Assembly: GCA_963716725.1 (NCBI GenBank)
Contig: CAVQUB010000009.1
Span: 160,001 to 224,000, forward strand
Source: an uncultured delta proteobacterium
GTDB taxonomy: Bacteria > Myxococcota_A > Polyangia > Polyangiales > Polyangiaceae
Direction of reading: 5' to 3'
Length of the DNA stretch: 64,000 nt
The notes under the pieces were generated by a model. The model had not been told where the DNA came from and made no database searches. It saw only the letters and a list, made by a program, of their open reading frames with translations. Shown one piece after another: positions 28,365 through 37,956 of the stretch. Position numbers and translations under genes: made by a program. The stretch's first letter is position 1, and each line of letters begins with the position of its first letter.

Positions 28365-29783
28365 ATGCTCGAGCGACAGTCTGTCCGCGCCAGCGTGGCC
28401 CTGGCGGCCTACGCAGAACCCGTGCTCGAAGGTCGCCGCGTGGTGGTCTTCGGGGACTCCTCCTCGGGGCTCGCGGAGCAGCTGCTCGAGCGCGGCGCGC
28501 GCCTGGTCCACGTCTACGACCCCGATCCGGCCCGAGTCGCCGAGAGCTCGGTCAAGAACGACTCGCTCAACATCGCCATCGCGGGGCTGTCCGACATGGG
28601 CCTCGCGCTGCGCGATGGCGTGTTCGACGTCGCCTTGGTCGACGACCTGACGTTGACGGGTCCGGCGCACTCGGTGCTCAAGCGACTGCGCCGTGCCCTG
28701 TCGCCCCGTGGCGTTGCGCTGGTCGCCGCGCCCAACCCAGAGGTGTCCCGCCGGCTACTGCCCGGGGGCCCGACCTTCGACTCCGCGCTCGACTACTACC
28801 AACTGTACGACGCCGTCTCCTCGGAGTTCTCCAACGTGAGGATGCTGGGACAGACCCCCTTCGTCGGCTTCGTGGTCGCAGACTTCGCCGCGCAAGGCAC
28901 CCCCGAACCCTCCCTCGACACGGCATTCGTCCCGGGAGGCGCCGAGGAGCCCGAGTGGTTCATTGCGCTCGCCAGCGCGGTGCCCTTGCGCCTGGACGAG
29001 TTTCAGATCGTGCAGCTGCCGCTCGACATCCTCGACGCTCGCCCCGCCAGCTCCATCGACGACTCCGAGATCGGCTCCTTGCGCGACGCCGAACGCCGCC
29101 TGCGCGAGCGCGCGGCGGATCTCGAAGCCGAGGTCAACGACCTCCAGGGCCAGCTCCGGACCGCCCGGACCCGCGACCCGAACACCGAAGAGATGCTCCA
29201 GCTCCGCACCGAGCTCGCGAACAAAGAGCGCTGGGTCGCCGAGGTCGAGTCCCGCGCCGCGGTGGCGGACGCCCGGGCGGACGAGGCCGAGGGCGAGCTC
29301 GAGGGGCTGCGCGACCAGATCGACCGGGAGCGGGAGGCCGCGGGCGGGCCGCTGCGCGCGCTGGAGGCCGAGGTCGCTGCGCTGCGAGAAGAACTCGCGA
29401 AGCAGAGCCACGAAAACCACGGCCTGACCGAGCGCATCGCGCAGCAAGATCAGCGCATCGCCGTCCTCAGCGCGGTGACCGCCGACAAGGAGGGCGACGA
29501 GGTCGATTCTCTCGAACTCCAGCTCGCGGCGCGCGGCGCGGAGATCCGGCGCCTGGAGGCGGATCTCCGCCAAGTCGAGCGCCTCGGGCGGGACCTGCTC
29601 GAGGGCCTGACGGACCTCGCCCACCGCAACGCGCTCAGCGAAGCCGATCTGGAGGCGGCCCGCTGGAGCCTGGCCAGCGCCCACGGGGCCGGCAGCTCCG
29701 ACGCGGAGCTCGAGCGCGCTCTCGCTGCGCTGCAGACCCGTCTGGTGCTCGAGGCCCAAGCGCGCCGGCACGAGCCTTCGTGA
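28365..29783 (+). CDS. Methyltransferase-like N-terminal domain plus long coiled coil
   Basis: EGRRVVVFGD, DGVFDVALV, RRALSPRGVALV followed by E/R/L-rich heptads. Confidence 0.7.
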   Translation: MLERQSVRASVALAAYAEPVLEGRRVVVFGDSSSGLAEQLLERGARLVHVYDPDPARVAESSVKNDSLNIAIAGLSDMGLALRDGVFDVALVDDLTLTGPAHSVLKRLRRALSPRGVALVAAPNPEVSRRLLPGGPTFDSALDYYQLYDAVSSEFSNVRMLGQTPFVGFVVADFAAQGTPEPSLDTAFVPGGAEEPEWFIALASAVPLRLDEFQIVQLPLDILDARPASSIDDSEIGSLRDAERRLRERAADLEAEVNDLQGQLRTARTRDPNTEEMLQLRTELANKERWVAEVESRAAVADARADEAEGELEGLRDQIDREREAAGGPLRALEAEVAALREELAKQSHENHGLTERIAQQDQRIAVLSAVTADKEGDEVDSLELQLAARGAEIRRLEADLRQVERLGRDLLEGLTDLAHRNALSEADLEAARWSLASAHGAGSSDAELERALAALQTRLVLEAQARRHEPS

Positions 29784-29794
29784 GCGGGGCCGCG

Positions 29795-29822
29795 TTGACA
29801 GCTTTTCTTCGGGGCTTATTCT
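29795..29822 (+). promoter_or_regulatory. Sigma70-type promoter of dnaJ
   Basis: TTGACA-N16-TATTCT, 37 nt before the ATG. Confidence 0.6.
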
Positions 29823-29859
29823 CTAGACTCCCCTCCGCCCCGGCCGGACCCGCGGTTCC

Positions 29860-30972
29860 ATGAGCGAAAAACGCGACTATTACGAGGTACTCGAGGTCTC
29901 CAAGGACGCGAGCGCAGACGACGTCCGCAAGGCTTACCGGAAGGCGGCGCTCAAGTACCACCCGGATCGGAACCCCGACGACCCCTCCGCCGAGGCAAAA
30001 TTCAAGGAGGCCACCGAGGCCTACAGCGTCCTGTCCGAGCAGGAAAAGCGAGCGCAGTACGATCGCTTCGGTCACGCCGGCATGGGAGGCGGGTTCGACT
30101 TCCAGCAGGCGGGGATGGGCGACATCCTGAGTCAATTCCAGGACCTTTTCTCGGATTTCTTTGGTGGTTTCGGCGGGTTCGGCGGGCAACGTCGCCGCCA
30201 GCGGGGTCCCGAGCGGGGGCAAGACGTAAGGGTCGAAGCCCAGATCAGCCTCAAGGACGCCTTCGAGGGAACCAAGCACGAGGTCGGCATCCGCGGCAGC
30301 GCCCCCTGCGAGACCTGCAACGGGAGCGGCGCGGCCGAGGGCAGTCGCCCGGAGCGCTGCGCCCAGTGCGGTGGCCACGGTCAGGTCACCACCCAGCGTG
30401 GCTTCATCATGTTCAGCACCACGTGCCCGCGCTGTCGAGGCACTGGCGAGCAGATCGAAAAGCCCTGCCAAGACTGCTCGGGCACGCGCTACGTCGAGAA
30501 GAAGCGCAAGGTGCTGGTCACCTTCCCGGCCGGCATCGACTCGGGTCAGACCCTGCGCGTCCCAGGACAGGGCATGCCCGGTCCGGCCAACGGCGTTCCC
30601 GGCGATCTGTACGTCGACGTGATGCTCGAAGACGACGAACGCTTTCAGCGCGACGGTCAGGACTTGGTGGCACGGCGCGAAATCTCGTTCCCCGAAGCGG
30701 CGCTCGGCAGCGAGCTCACCGTCGAGTTGCCCGACGGCGCGAGCGTCAGCGCGGAGATCCCCGCGGGCACCCAGCCAAGCACCGTGATCACGATCCGCGG
30801 CAAGGGCATGCCGCGTCTGGACGGGCGGGGACGCGGCGATCTGCACATCGTGACGGAGGTCGCCGTTCCAAAGAAGCTGAGCCGCCGCGCAAAGAAGCTG
30901 CTCGAAGAGCTGGGCGAAGAGCTGGGCGAAGCGTTGAGCGAGTCCGGCGACAAGACGGCTCGCGTCGGCTGA
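29860..30972 (+). CDS. dnaJ: Molecular chaperone DnaJ
   Basis: J domain with HPD, G/F region, four CxxCxGxG-type repeats, C-terminal domain. Confidence 0.97.
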   Translation: MSEKRDYYEVLEVSKDASADDVRKAYRKAALKYHPDRNPDDPSAEAKFKEATEAYSVLSEQEKRAQYDRFGHAGMGGGFDFQQAGMGDILSQFQDLFSDFFGGFGGFGGQRRRQRGPERGQDVRVEAQISLKDAFEGTKHEVGIRGSAPCETCNGSGAAEGSRPERCAQCGGHGQVTTQRGFIMFSTTCPRCRGTGEQIEKPCQDCSGTRYVEKKRKVLVTFPAGIDSGQTLRVPGQGMPGPANGVPGDLYVDVMLEDDERFQRDGQDLVARREISFPEAALGSELTVELPDGASVSAEIPAGTQPSTVITIRGKGMPRLDGRGRGDLHIVTEVAVPKKLSRRAKKLLEELGEELGEALSESGDKTARVG

Positions 30973-30973
30973 T

Positions 30974-32278
30974 TCACCCGTATTTCTTGGCGAGCCGCTC
31001 GAGCTCCGACACGGCGCGATCGAAGCTGGTGGGTTCGGCGTCCTGACACGCAAAGGCTTCGAGCTCGGGCAGGGCGACAATGGCGCGATCGACTCGAGGA
31101 TCGCTGCCCTTTGCGTAGGCGCCGAGGGTGATGAGATCGCGTTTTTCTTCGTAGGTTGCCACCAGCGCGCGCACCCTGCGAGCGGCCGCGGCGTGCTCTG
31201 GCGTCACGACCGCGTCCATCACACGCGACAGGCTCTGAGGCACGTCGATGGCCGGATAGTGGCCGCGCGCCGCGATCCTCCGATCCATCACCAGGTGCCC
31301 ATCGAGGATGCCGCGCACCTCGTCGGCGATAGGCTCTTCCATGTCGCCGCCTTCGACCAGCACCGTGTAGATGGCCGTGATGGAGCCCCGCTCGCCCTGC
31401 CCGCTGCGCTCGAGCAAGCGAGGCAAGAGCGCGAACACGCTGGGTGGATAGCCTCGCCGCGCCGGCGGCTCTCCCGCGGCCAACCCGACCTCACGTTGCG
31501 CTCGCGCGACCCGCGTCACCGAGTCCACCAGCAGCATCACCATCTTGCCGGCATCACGGAAGCTTTCGGCGACGGCGGTCGCGACCTGCACGGCCCGGAG
31601 CCGCTCGAGCGCCGGAGCGTCGCTGGTCGCTACGACCACGACTGAACGACGGCGCCCTGCGTCGCCGAGTGCGTGCTCCAAGAACTCGCCCACCTCGCGT
31701 CCACGCTCGCCGACCAGTGCAACGACCACGACGTCCGCGGTCGTCCCGCGCGCGATGGCGCCCAGCAGCGTGCTCTTGCCAACCCCCGAGCCGGCGAACA
31801 ACCCGACACGCTGACCGACGCCGAGGGTGAGCAGACCATCGATGACGCGCACCCCGGTGGCCAGCGGCTCCGCCACCGGTCGCCGCCCCATGGCGGGGGG
31901 CGGCGCGCGATCGACGGGCACCCGAACCAGTCCCTCGGGCAGCGGTCGACCGTCCGCCGGTCGACCCAACCCGTCGATCACTCGCCCCAGCAGCCCAGGG
32001 CCGGTCGCGACTTCGAGAGGCGCGCCGGTGGACTCGACCGAATCGTCGACCCCGACGCCCGTCAGCTCCCCGAGCGGGATCGCCACCGCCTCGCCCTGAT
32101 CGAAGCCGACGATCTCGGCTTGGAGCGGCTCTCCGCGCCGCTTCAGCACGACGACGTCGCCCACCCGCGCCCCGGGCAGCGCGAGGCGGACCGAGAGCCC
32201 GGTCACCGCTCGGACCCGCCCCTCGGCCACCAGGGCGGGGGACTCGGCGAGTCGGGCCCGGAGGGCGTCGAAATCCAT
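30974..32278 (-). CDS. sctN: FliI/YscN (SctN) type III secretion ATPase
   Basis: GQRVGLFAGSGVGKST, LVGERGREV, DSVTRVARAQRE, GYPPSVF, DEVRGILDGH, YPAIDV. Confidence 0.92.
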   Translation of the reverse strand: MDFDALRARLAESPALVAEGRVRAVTGLSVRLALPGARVGDVVVLKRRGEPLQAEIVGFDQGEAVAIPLGELTGVGVDDSVESTGAPLEVATGPGLLGRVIDGLGRPADGRPLPEGLVRVPVDRAPPPAMGRRPVAEPLATGVRVIDGLLTLGVGQRVGLFAGSGVGKSTLLGAIARGTTADVVVVALVGERGREVGEFLEHALGDAGRRRSVVVVATSDAPALERLRAVQVATAVAESFRDAGKMVMLLVDSVTRVARAQREVGLAAGEPPARRGYPPSVFALLPRLLERSGQGERGSITAIYTVLVEGGDMEEPIADEVRGILDGHLVMDRRIAARGHYPAIDVPQSLSRVMDAVVTPEHAAAARRVRALVATYEEKRDLITLGAYAKGSDPRVDRAIVALPELEAFACQDAEPTSFDRAVSELERLAKKYG

Positions 32279-32365
32279 GCCTCGCGAGGGTACGGCCACG
32301 GCCGACGCGGGCCAAGCGCTACTCAAGAGTTGCCCCGGCCGTGAGAGAGGTGCCACGCTTTTGCC

Positions 32366-32995
32366 GTGCGGACTCTGCTGATCGCGATCGCGACCCTGAC
32401 CTTGATCGCAACGGGCTGTCGGGTGCAGGCGAGCGCCAACCTCAACACTGGCCAGAAGGGCGGAGAAGAGTTCGACGACGAGCCGCCGGTGCAGGGCGAA
32501 GAGGATACCAACACCCTCGCCGAGTACGCGCTGCTGGGGGCTCGCCACGATCTGCTGCTCTCACCCGACAAACGGACCCCGGTCTGCAGCTGCCTGGCGG
32601 TGGCCCTGGGCGGCCCTGGCGACCCCGCGTTCAAGTGGAGCGGGCCCGCGCCGACCATCGACGCCGAGAACCAGTTGATCATCGCGGTGAGCTCCGAGGG
32701 CATCGCCTGCGCGGGCGCGAAGCCGGACAACATCGGTGCTTCGTACTGGGGCTACAGAGTCTCCGGCGACGACGTCATCGTCACCATCGAGAACGCTCGG
32801 GGCGGACGACCGCTGACCGGTGGGGCGATCATTCCCAAGCCCGTTGGCAACGGACAGGTCCTCGTCAGAGCTGCCAGCAGGGCCGTGCCCTACGGCAGAT
32901 CGCTGACAGCCGGCGAGAAGTTCTGCAGGGCGGGCAACCCCGGTCCGGCGCGCAAGATCGGCGGCACCGATCCCAGCGGAGACGAAGACTGGTGA
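32366..32995 (+). CDS. Hypothetical lipoprotein
   Basis: LIATGC lipobox. Confidence 0.7.
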   Translation: MRTLLIAIATLTLIATGCRVQASANLNTGQKGGEEFDDEPPVQGEEDTNTLAEYALLGARHDLLLSPDKRTPVCSCLAVALGGPGDPAFKWSGPAPTIDAENQLIIAVSSEGIACAGAKPDNIGASYWGYRVSGDDVIVTIENARGGRPLTGGAIIPKPVGNGQVLVRAASRAVPYGRSLTAGEKFCRAGNPGPARKIGGTDPSGDEDW

Positions 32996-32999
32996 GCGC

Positions 33000-34127
33000 T
33001 CACTCCACCGGACGGCCAAGCGCCTTGGCCAGCGCCGCGCGTCGCTCTTGGATCACAGCGCCCAGGTTCCCGACCACGAACGCGGCGAATTGGTCCTTCG
33101 GAACGGGCGCGCAGACCTCGGCGTAGGCGTACTGGATCGCGCGGCGCATGTCGGCGGCCGATTGAAAGCGATCGTTCGGCTCTCGAGACATCGCGCGGTG
33201 CACGATCTCGGCGACGGGGCGCGGCGTGGTCGAAGGCAAGGGCGGCAGCGGCTCGCCGAATTTGATCTGCCGCACGATGGTCGCAATGTCCCCTTCGTAG
33301 GGTAAACGCGAGCAAATCAGACGATAGAGCACCACCCCGGCGGCCCAGACGTCCGTACGACGATCGGGGTTCACGCGCAGCACCTGCTCCGGCGCCATGT
33401 AGCTGACCTTGCCTTTGAGCACACCGGTGCGGGTTTGCTCCGCCAGCCGCTCGGAGGCCTTGGCCACCCCAAAATCGATGAGCTTCACGTCCCCCGACGA
33501 ACTCAGCATGATGTTCGCCGGAGACACGTCGCGGTGAACCAGATCGACCAACTCTCCCTTTGCGTCGCGGAGTTCGTGAGCGTTGTGAAGTCCGAGGCAG
33601 GCCTCGCCCACGATTCTGAGCGCGATGGACAACGGCACTTCTTTGCCCTTGGCGCTGAGGGCGCGCAGCAGCGCGCTCAGCGAATCGCCTTCGACCCACT
33701 CGAGCGCCACGAAGGGAATGTCCCCGTGCATGCCCACGTCGCGGATCGCCACCACGTTGGGGTGACGGATTTCGGACAGCAGCCGCGCCTCGTCCAAGAA
33801 CATGTGAACAAAGGCGAGATCGGAAGACAGATTGGGCAGGAGCGTCTTGAGGGCAACGACCTCGCACTCGCCACTGCGGCGCTGCCGCGACGCGAGCCAG
33901 ACCACGGCCATGCCGCCTTTGGCGATTTGCGTCACGAGCCGGTAGCGACCAACACTCCGCTCGGCCTCGAGGGGCGCGGGCATCGCCGGAACCAGCGGTG
34001 GCTCCGATGCTTGACTGACCACCCGTGCCCAGCGCTTCGCCAGCGGGCTCGTCTCCGTGAAGGTATCTTCCCCCCAGTCGCTGTCGGGAGGCGGGTCGTC
34101 GGGGTTTTGCGGGTCGCGGGAGCTCAT
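33000..34127 (-). CDS. Cytoplasmic Ser/Thr protein kinase
   Basis: IAKGGMAVV, VALK, HRDVSPAN, DFG, GKVSYMAPEQ; no TM segment. Confidence 0.93.
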   Translation of the reverse strand: MSSRDPQNPDDPPPDSDWGEDTFTETSPLAKRWARVVSQASEPPLVPAMPAPLEAERSVGRYRLVTQIAKGGMAVVWLASRQRRSGECEVVALKTLLPNLSSDLAFVHMFLDEARLLSEIRHPNVVAIRDVGMHGDIPFVALEWVEGDSLSALLRALSAKGKEVPLSIALRIVGEACLGLHNAHELRDAKGELVDLVHRDVSPANIMLSSSGDVKLIDFGVAKASERLAEQTRTGVLKGKVSYMAPEQVLRVNPDRRTDVWAAGVVLYRLICSRLPYEGDIATIVRQIKFGEPLPPLPSTTPRPVAEIVHRAMSREPNDRFQSAADMRRAIQYAYAEVCAPVPKDQFAAFVVGNLGAVIQERRAALAKALGRPVE

Positions 34128-34307
34128 GCACGAGCGGCGCGCGCTGGGCGCAGGGCCGCAAGGTCAGGGTAACAGGAAGCCGCGCCCACGACAGCTCGCC
34201 GGCCGGCACCACAAAATCTCGGGGTTTTCCGGTTTGTGTGACGATCAACGTCCGGGCTCGCCGGGGGGCAGTGGCGACCCATCGCTCGGCCAAGGTAGTG
34301 ATGGGGC

Positions 34308-35108
34308 ATGTCCGATCGCGGCTTCGACGCCGGCGCGCCTTTTCGCCTGGTCTCCCCCACCCCGGGCGGAACCGCTCCGCACCAACCCACCGCGGACCGC
34401 GCCACCTTCCACCTCGAACAGCGTGACGCCGTCGAGTGGCTCGGGTCCCTGCGCGACTCCAGCGTGGACTTGGTGGTGACGGACCCAGCCTACGAGTCCC
34501 TGGAGAAGCACCGCGCCGTGGGCACCACCACGCGCCTGAAGAAGAGCCGAGCCAGCAGCAACGACTGGTTCGAGATCTTCCCGAACGCGCGCTTCCCCTC
34601 GCTCTTCGCCGAACTCTACCGCGTGCTGCGCAACAACAGCCACCTCTACTTGTTCTGCGATCAAGAGACGATGTTCGTCGCAAAGCCCGTGGCCGAGCAG
34701 GCGGGCTTCAAGTTCTGGAAGGCCCTGATCTGGGACAAGGAGCTCTTGGGCATGGGCTACCACTACCGCTGCCGCCACGAGCTCATCTTGTTCTTCGAGA
34801 AGGGCAAGCGAAAGCTCAACGACCTGTCCATCGCGGACGTGATCCGTCATGCCCGAGTCCGCGGGGGTTACCCCGCCGAGAAGCCCGTGGCCGTCTCGGA
34901 GATCCTGGTGCGCCAGAGCAGCGAGCCCGGCGCGCTGGTCATCGACCCGTTCATGGGCTCGGGCTCGGTGGGCGTCGCCGCCACCGGGCTCGGGCGGCAC
35001 TTCGCGGGCAACGACCTGTGCCGCGAGGCCGTCGACACCGCCGGGCGCCGCCTGGGAGAAGCGGGTGCTCGCAGGGACGAGTGCAGGTACGATGCCGCTC
35101 GACGATGA
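34308..35108 (+). CDS. Site-specific DNA methyltransferase (N4-C/N6-A, beta class)
   Basis: VDLVVTDPAY (motif IV) precedes YPAEKP and VIDPFMGSGS (motif I). Confidence 0.92.
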   Translation: MSDRGFDAGAPFRLVSPTPGGTAPHQPTADRATFHLEQRDAVEWLGSLRDSSVDLVVTDPAYESLEKHRAVGTTTRLKKSRASSNDWFEIFPNARFPSLFAELYRVLRNNSHLYLFCDQETMFVAKPVAEQAGFKFWKALIWDKELLGMGYHYRCRHELILFFEKGKRKLNDLSIADVIRHARVRGGYPAEKPVAVSEILVRQSSEPGALVIDPFMGSGSVGVAATGLGRHFAGNDLCREAVDTAGRRLGEAGARRDECRYDAARR

Positions 35109-35584
35109 CCGGCAACCAGTACCGTAGGCTCGTCGCGCAGTACCTGCTCTCGGCGTACGCGGGGCGCGGGCTTCACCTCTATGAAGAAGTGAGCCTCGGG
35201 ACCAGCATCATCGGCAAGCAACGTCGCGTGGATCTCTTCGTGGTGCTCCCGAGCACGGGCGAAGCGCTGGTGCTCGAGTGCAAGTACCAAGACTCGTCGG
35301 GCACCACTGACGAGAAGATCCCCTACGCGCTCGAAGACCTGAAGGCGCTGCGCGTCCCAGCGGTCATCGCCTACGGGGGCGCGGGCTGGTCCGACGGCGT
35401 GCTCCACCTGCTACAGAGCTCGTCGCTCGCCGCGTTCTGCTTGCCCGGCGAGTCGATGCGGCCGGCGCATCGCAAGCAAGGGGAGCCCATCGACACCGGC
35501 ACCTGGCAGCTCGACCACGTGATCGCGCAGACCTTTCGCTGGTGGGACGTGGTGCTCTCGGGGCGCACGCCGTTGGTGTTGTGA
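35105..35584 (+). CDS. PD-(D/E)XK nuclease superfamily protein
   Basis: ATGA overlap with MTase; RRVDLFV...LVLECKYQDSSGTTDEKIPY; YGGAGW. Confidence 0.82.
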   Translation: MTGNQYRRLVAQYLLSAYAGRGLHLYEEVSLGTSIIGKQRRVDLFVVLPSTGEALVLECKYQDSSGTTDEKIPYALEDLKALRVPAVIAYGGAGWSDGVLHLLQSSSLAAFCLPGESMRPAHRKQGEPIDTGTWQLDHVIAQTFRWWDVVLSGRTPLVL

Positions 35585-36123
35585 CCACGCCCACGTCCGC
35601 GCCCACGCCCACGCCCACGCCCACGCCCACGGTCGCCGAACGCTGGCCCCGACGTGCGCCGTGGCTGCGCGTGGTCCTGCTCGCGGGCTTCGTGCTGAGC
35701 CTGCCGCTGCAGTGGATCGAGGAGACGCCGTCGGGTTGCGGCGCGCCCCCTGGTCCTCCGGTGGTGAAGACGGGGTGGGAGCTGGTCGCACGCGATTCGC
35801 AGGGCATGGGAATGATCGCCTTCCTGATGATCTGCGGCCTCGCGCTGTTGGCGTTGTCGCGCGCTCGCAGAGCCGGCTCCGGGACTCGGCTCGCAGCCCA
35901 CGTGGTGGCAACGGCCACCGGCGCCCTGCTCTTCGTGTTGGTCCACTTCGCCGCGACCTTCACCCTGTTCGCCCGGCTCAAGCTGCTACCCGGGGCCCTC
36001 GTGGGACTCTGCTGCCTCGCGCTCGCTACGGTCGAAGCGCTGACGCGCGCCATTGGCGAGTTGCTCGCGTTGGTCGCCGCCCGACGCCGGCGGAGGTTGG
36101 ACGACCCACCGCATCGAAGCTAG
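35581..36123 (+). CDS. Hypothetical membrane protein
   Basis: GTGA overlap; TP-repeat N-terminus, four hydrophobic segments. Confidence 0.6.
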   Translation: MTTPTSAPTPTPTPTPTVAERWPRRAPWLRVVLLAGFVLSLPLQWIEETPSGCGAPPGPPVVKTGWELVARDSQGMGMIAFLMICGLALLALSRARRAGSGTRLAAHVVATATGALLFVLVHFAATFTLFARLKLLPGALVGLCCLALATVEALTRAIGELLALVAARRRRRLDDPPHRS

Positions 36124-36137
36124 GCTCCGCCCCGCAC

Positions 36138-36221
36138 GCACGAGTGGCGGAATTGGCAGACGCGCCGGATTTAGGTTCCGGTTTCCGAGAGGAAGTGAAG
36201 GTTCAAGTCCTTTCTCGTGCA
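36138..36221 (+). tRNA. tRNA-Leu(TAG)
   Basis: Acceptor GCACGAG/CTCGTGC, anticodon arm CCGGA-TTTAGGT-TCCGG, variable arm TTCC-GAGA-GGAA, T loop TTCAAGT, discriminator A. Confidence 0.97.
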
Positions 36222-36275
36222 CCGAGTTGATGCAGGATGGGGGCTGGTGGTTCGTCGGCGTCATCTCCTTCCGAT

Positions 36276-36520
36276 CTACGGCTTGATCAGATCGAGCAGT
36301 CGAAACACGCGCATCCAATCCTCGCCTTCCGCGAAACGCTCGAGCAGCGAGGCCGGCAGCTCCGTCTCCGACACCGCCGACACCCACAGTGCGCGCACCG
36401 CCCGCCACAGCGGCGTCGCCGTGAAGATCTCGCTCCACCACGTGCGCCATCGCGCGAGCGTGCGCCGGCTCCCACCGATGGCTCGCCGCAGCTCCGCCGC
36501 ACGGCGCGGACTCACGCGGG
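36276..36520 (-). pseudogene. 5'-truncated remnant of a transposon accessory gene
   Basis: SRRTLARWRTWWSEIFTATPLW...LPASLLERF resembles the small ORF found upstream of integrase/ATPase transposons; no N-terminus. Confidence 0.5.
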
Positions 36521-36523
36521 ATC

Positions 36524-36773
36524 CTGCTGCTGAAAGGAAAGGACAACATCTCCAGCAACAACGAGCCGTACGCGGACAAGCTCAAGTCGTACGCGAACAC
36601 GCTCTATTGGAACGAGACGCTTCGTGCGGATTCGTACAAGGCGAAGCTCGACATGTCGGCACTAAAGGCGAGCTTCAGTCTTGATCTGGCGCCCATTGGA
36701 CCACTTCGGACCCGACGAGCTAGAGGCGCGACACCGGTTGTTGTATCGGCTGGTGGACATCATCTGGGCGTAG
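36524..36773 (+). pseudogene. C-terminal remnant of a GmrSD-type (DUF1524/HNH) restriction endonuclease
   Basis: Manual translation LLLKGKDNISSNNEPYADKLKSYANTLYWNETL...(+1 near 36698)...FGPDELEARHRLLYRLVDIIWA*. Confidence 0.65.
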
Positions 36774-36800
36774 GTGGCGAGCTGCGGGGTTAGCCGACTT

Positions 36801-37658
36801 CTAGCGTCGAGCCCCTCGCATCGCCCTGGTCTTGGCAGAGGAAAGTCGAGCCAACTTCTTCAAGTAGTCGTCCACCGACAGATCATGGGCGGCTGCGAGT
36901 TTCCGGAGGGTATTTGCATGGGGCAAGGTAGATCCCTCCTCCAGCCGGCGGACCTGTCGCTCGCTCAATCCCGTGATCGCGGACTGCTTGAGGCCAGCTT
37001 GCTCCCGGAACGCCCGGATGGCCTTGCCGTACCGAGCCGCTTCCTTGCGACGTTCCGCGTCGTGCTGCTTTCGGACCTCGGGATCGGCATGCTCCCGGAT
37101 GGTGTCGAGGTTCAAGTCGATGTCACCCGCCTTCCAGTGGATCCGGCTTCCCGAGGAACTCAGCTCGAAGTTCTGAAGAGCGCCTTCGTCGAGTCCAGCG
37201 AGTGCTGAAAGCTCGGAAACCGGTACTTCGTACCGCTTCGGCTCGCAGCTCCAGACGAGCAGCTTGCCGTTTTCGACGGAGGCCGAAGCAATCAGATCTT
37301 TCTCCGCACCGACCGAGTGAGCTTGGGCTACCCGTCGCGCCGCATCGGCACCGGGAGCGACAAATGGTTCCGCCTCCAGGCGCCGCGCCCAATGAGTGAG
37401 GGCTTGCAGTGCGGCCGATGTTCGAGGCTGATCTGATTTGATCTGGATGAACATGATGGACGTAGGGTGGTGCAGAACGAGGTCGTAGAGCTTTTCCAGG
37501 CCAAGCCTTCGTTCGGGAACATCCAGGTCTGCGAGCAGGGCCAGGAGTAGACGGTGGGCCTTTCGCGCCGACGGTCTGGTCGAGAATTTGGGTGCGTCGC
37601 CTAGAACTGCTCGGATCTGTGGCGCAGATTCACTGTGGACCAGGATCTCGACATTCAT
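36801..37658 (-). CDS. DUF2442 plus Xre-HTH protein (antitoxin-like) with extra N-terminal domain
   Basis: ASASVENGKLLVW...YEVP...FELSSSGSRIHWKAGDIDL; C-terminal IRAFREQAGLKQSAITGLSERQVRRLEEG; GGAGG RBS. Confidence 0.8.
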   Translation of the reverse strand: MNVEILVHSESAPQIRAVLGDAPKFSTRPSARKAHRLLLALLADLDVPERRLGLEKLYDLVLHHPTSIMFIQIKSDQPRTSAALQALTHWARRLEAEPFVAPGADAARRVAQAHSVGAEKDLIASASVENGKLLVWSCEPKRYEVPVSELSALAGLDEGALQNFELSSSGSRIHWKAGDIDLNLDTIREHADPEVRKQHDAERRKEAARYGKAIRAFREQAGLKQSAITGLSERQVRRLEEGSTLPHANTLRKLAAAHDLSVDDYLKKLARLSSAKTRAMRGARR

Positions 37659-37660
37659 GA

Positions 37661-37951
37661 CTATTCCTCCGGGCCTGGGTCTTTGACCATCACCTTTCGG
37701 CTCCACTCGTCGAGGAGAGCCACTCGTTGCGCTTCCGCGAGATCGCCGAGGGAACGAAGCTCTCGCTTCCCCGGTCCGCCGCCACCAAACTTGGGCCAGA
37801 CGATCTGGAACATCTCTGCTGGGTCTCGAAGGAAGAAGACGCGGACTTGCCAGTGCCCGGATTTCTCAGCGTGAAAATGCTGCGGTAGGTGATCATCGGA
37901 GTTGAACCAGAGGTCGAGCCCCGGAACGGTGAAGGCATCAACCCGAGGCAC
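37661..37951 (-). CDS. DUF4160 family protein (toxin-like)
   Basis: LWFNSDDHLPQHFHA motif and LLDEW near the C-terminus; 96 aa; directly upstream of DUF2442 gene. Confidence 0.8.
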   Translation of the reverse strand: MPRVDAFTVPGLDLWFNSDDHLPQHFHAEKSGHWQVRVFFLRDPAEMFQIVWPKFGGGGPGKRELRSLGDLAEAQRVALLDEWSRKVMVKDPGPEE

Positions 37952-37956
37952 GACTC

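Noticed and set aside
36519..36524. GGATCC junction as a cloning chimera
   Set aside because: Both sides lie between matching att repeats of one island, so a biological deletion is simpler, and the site is common at this GC content
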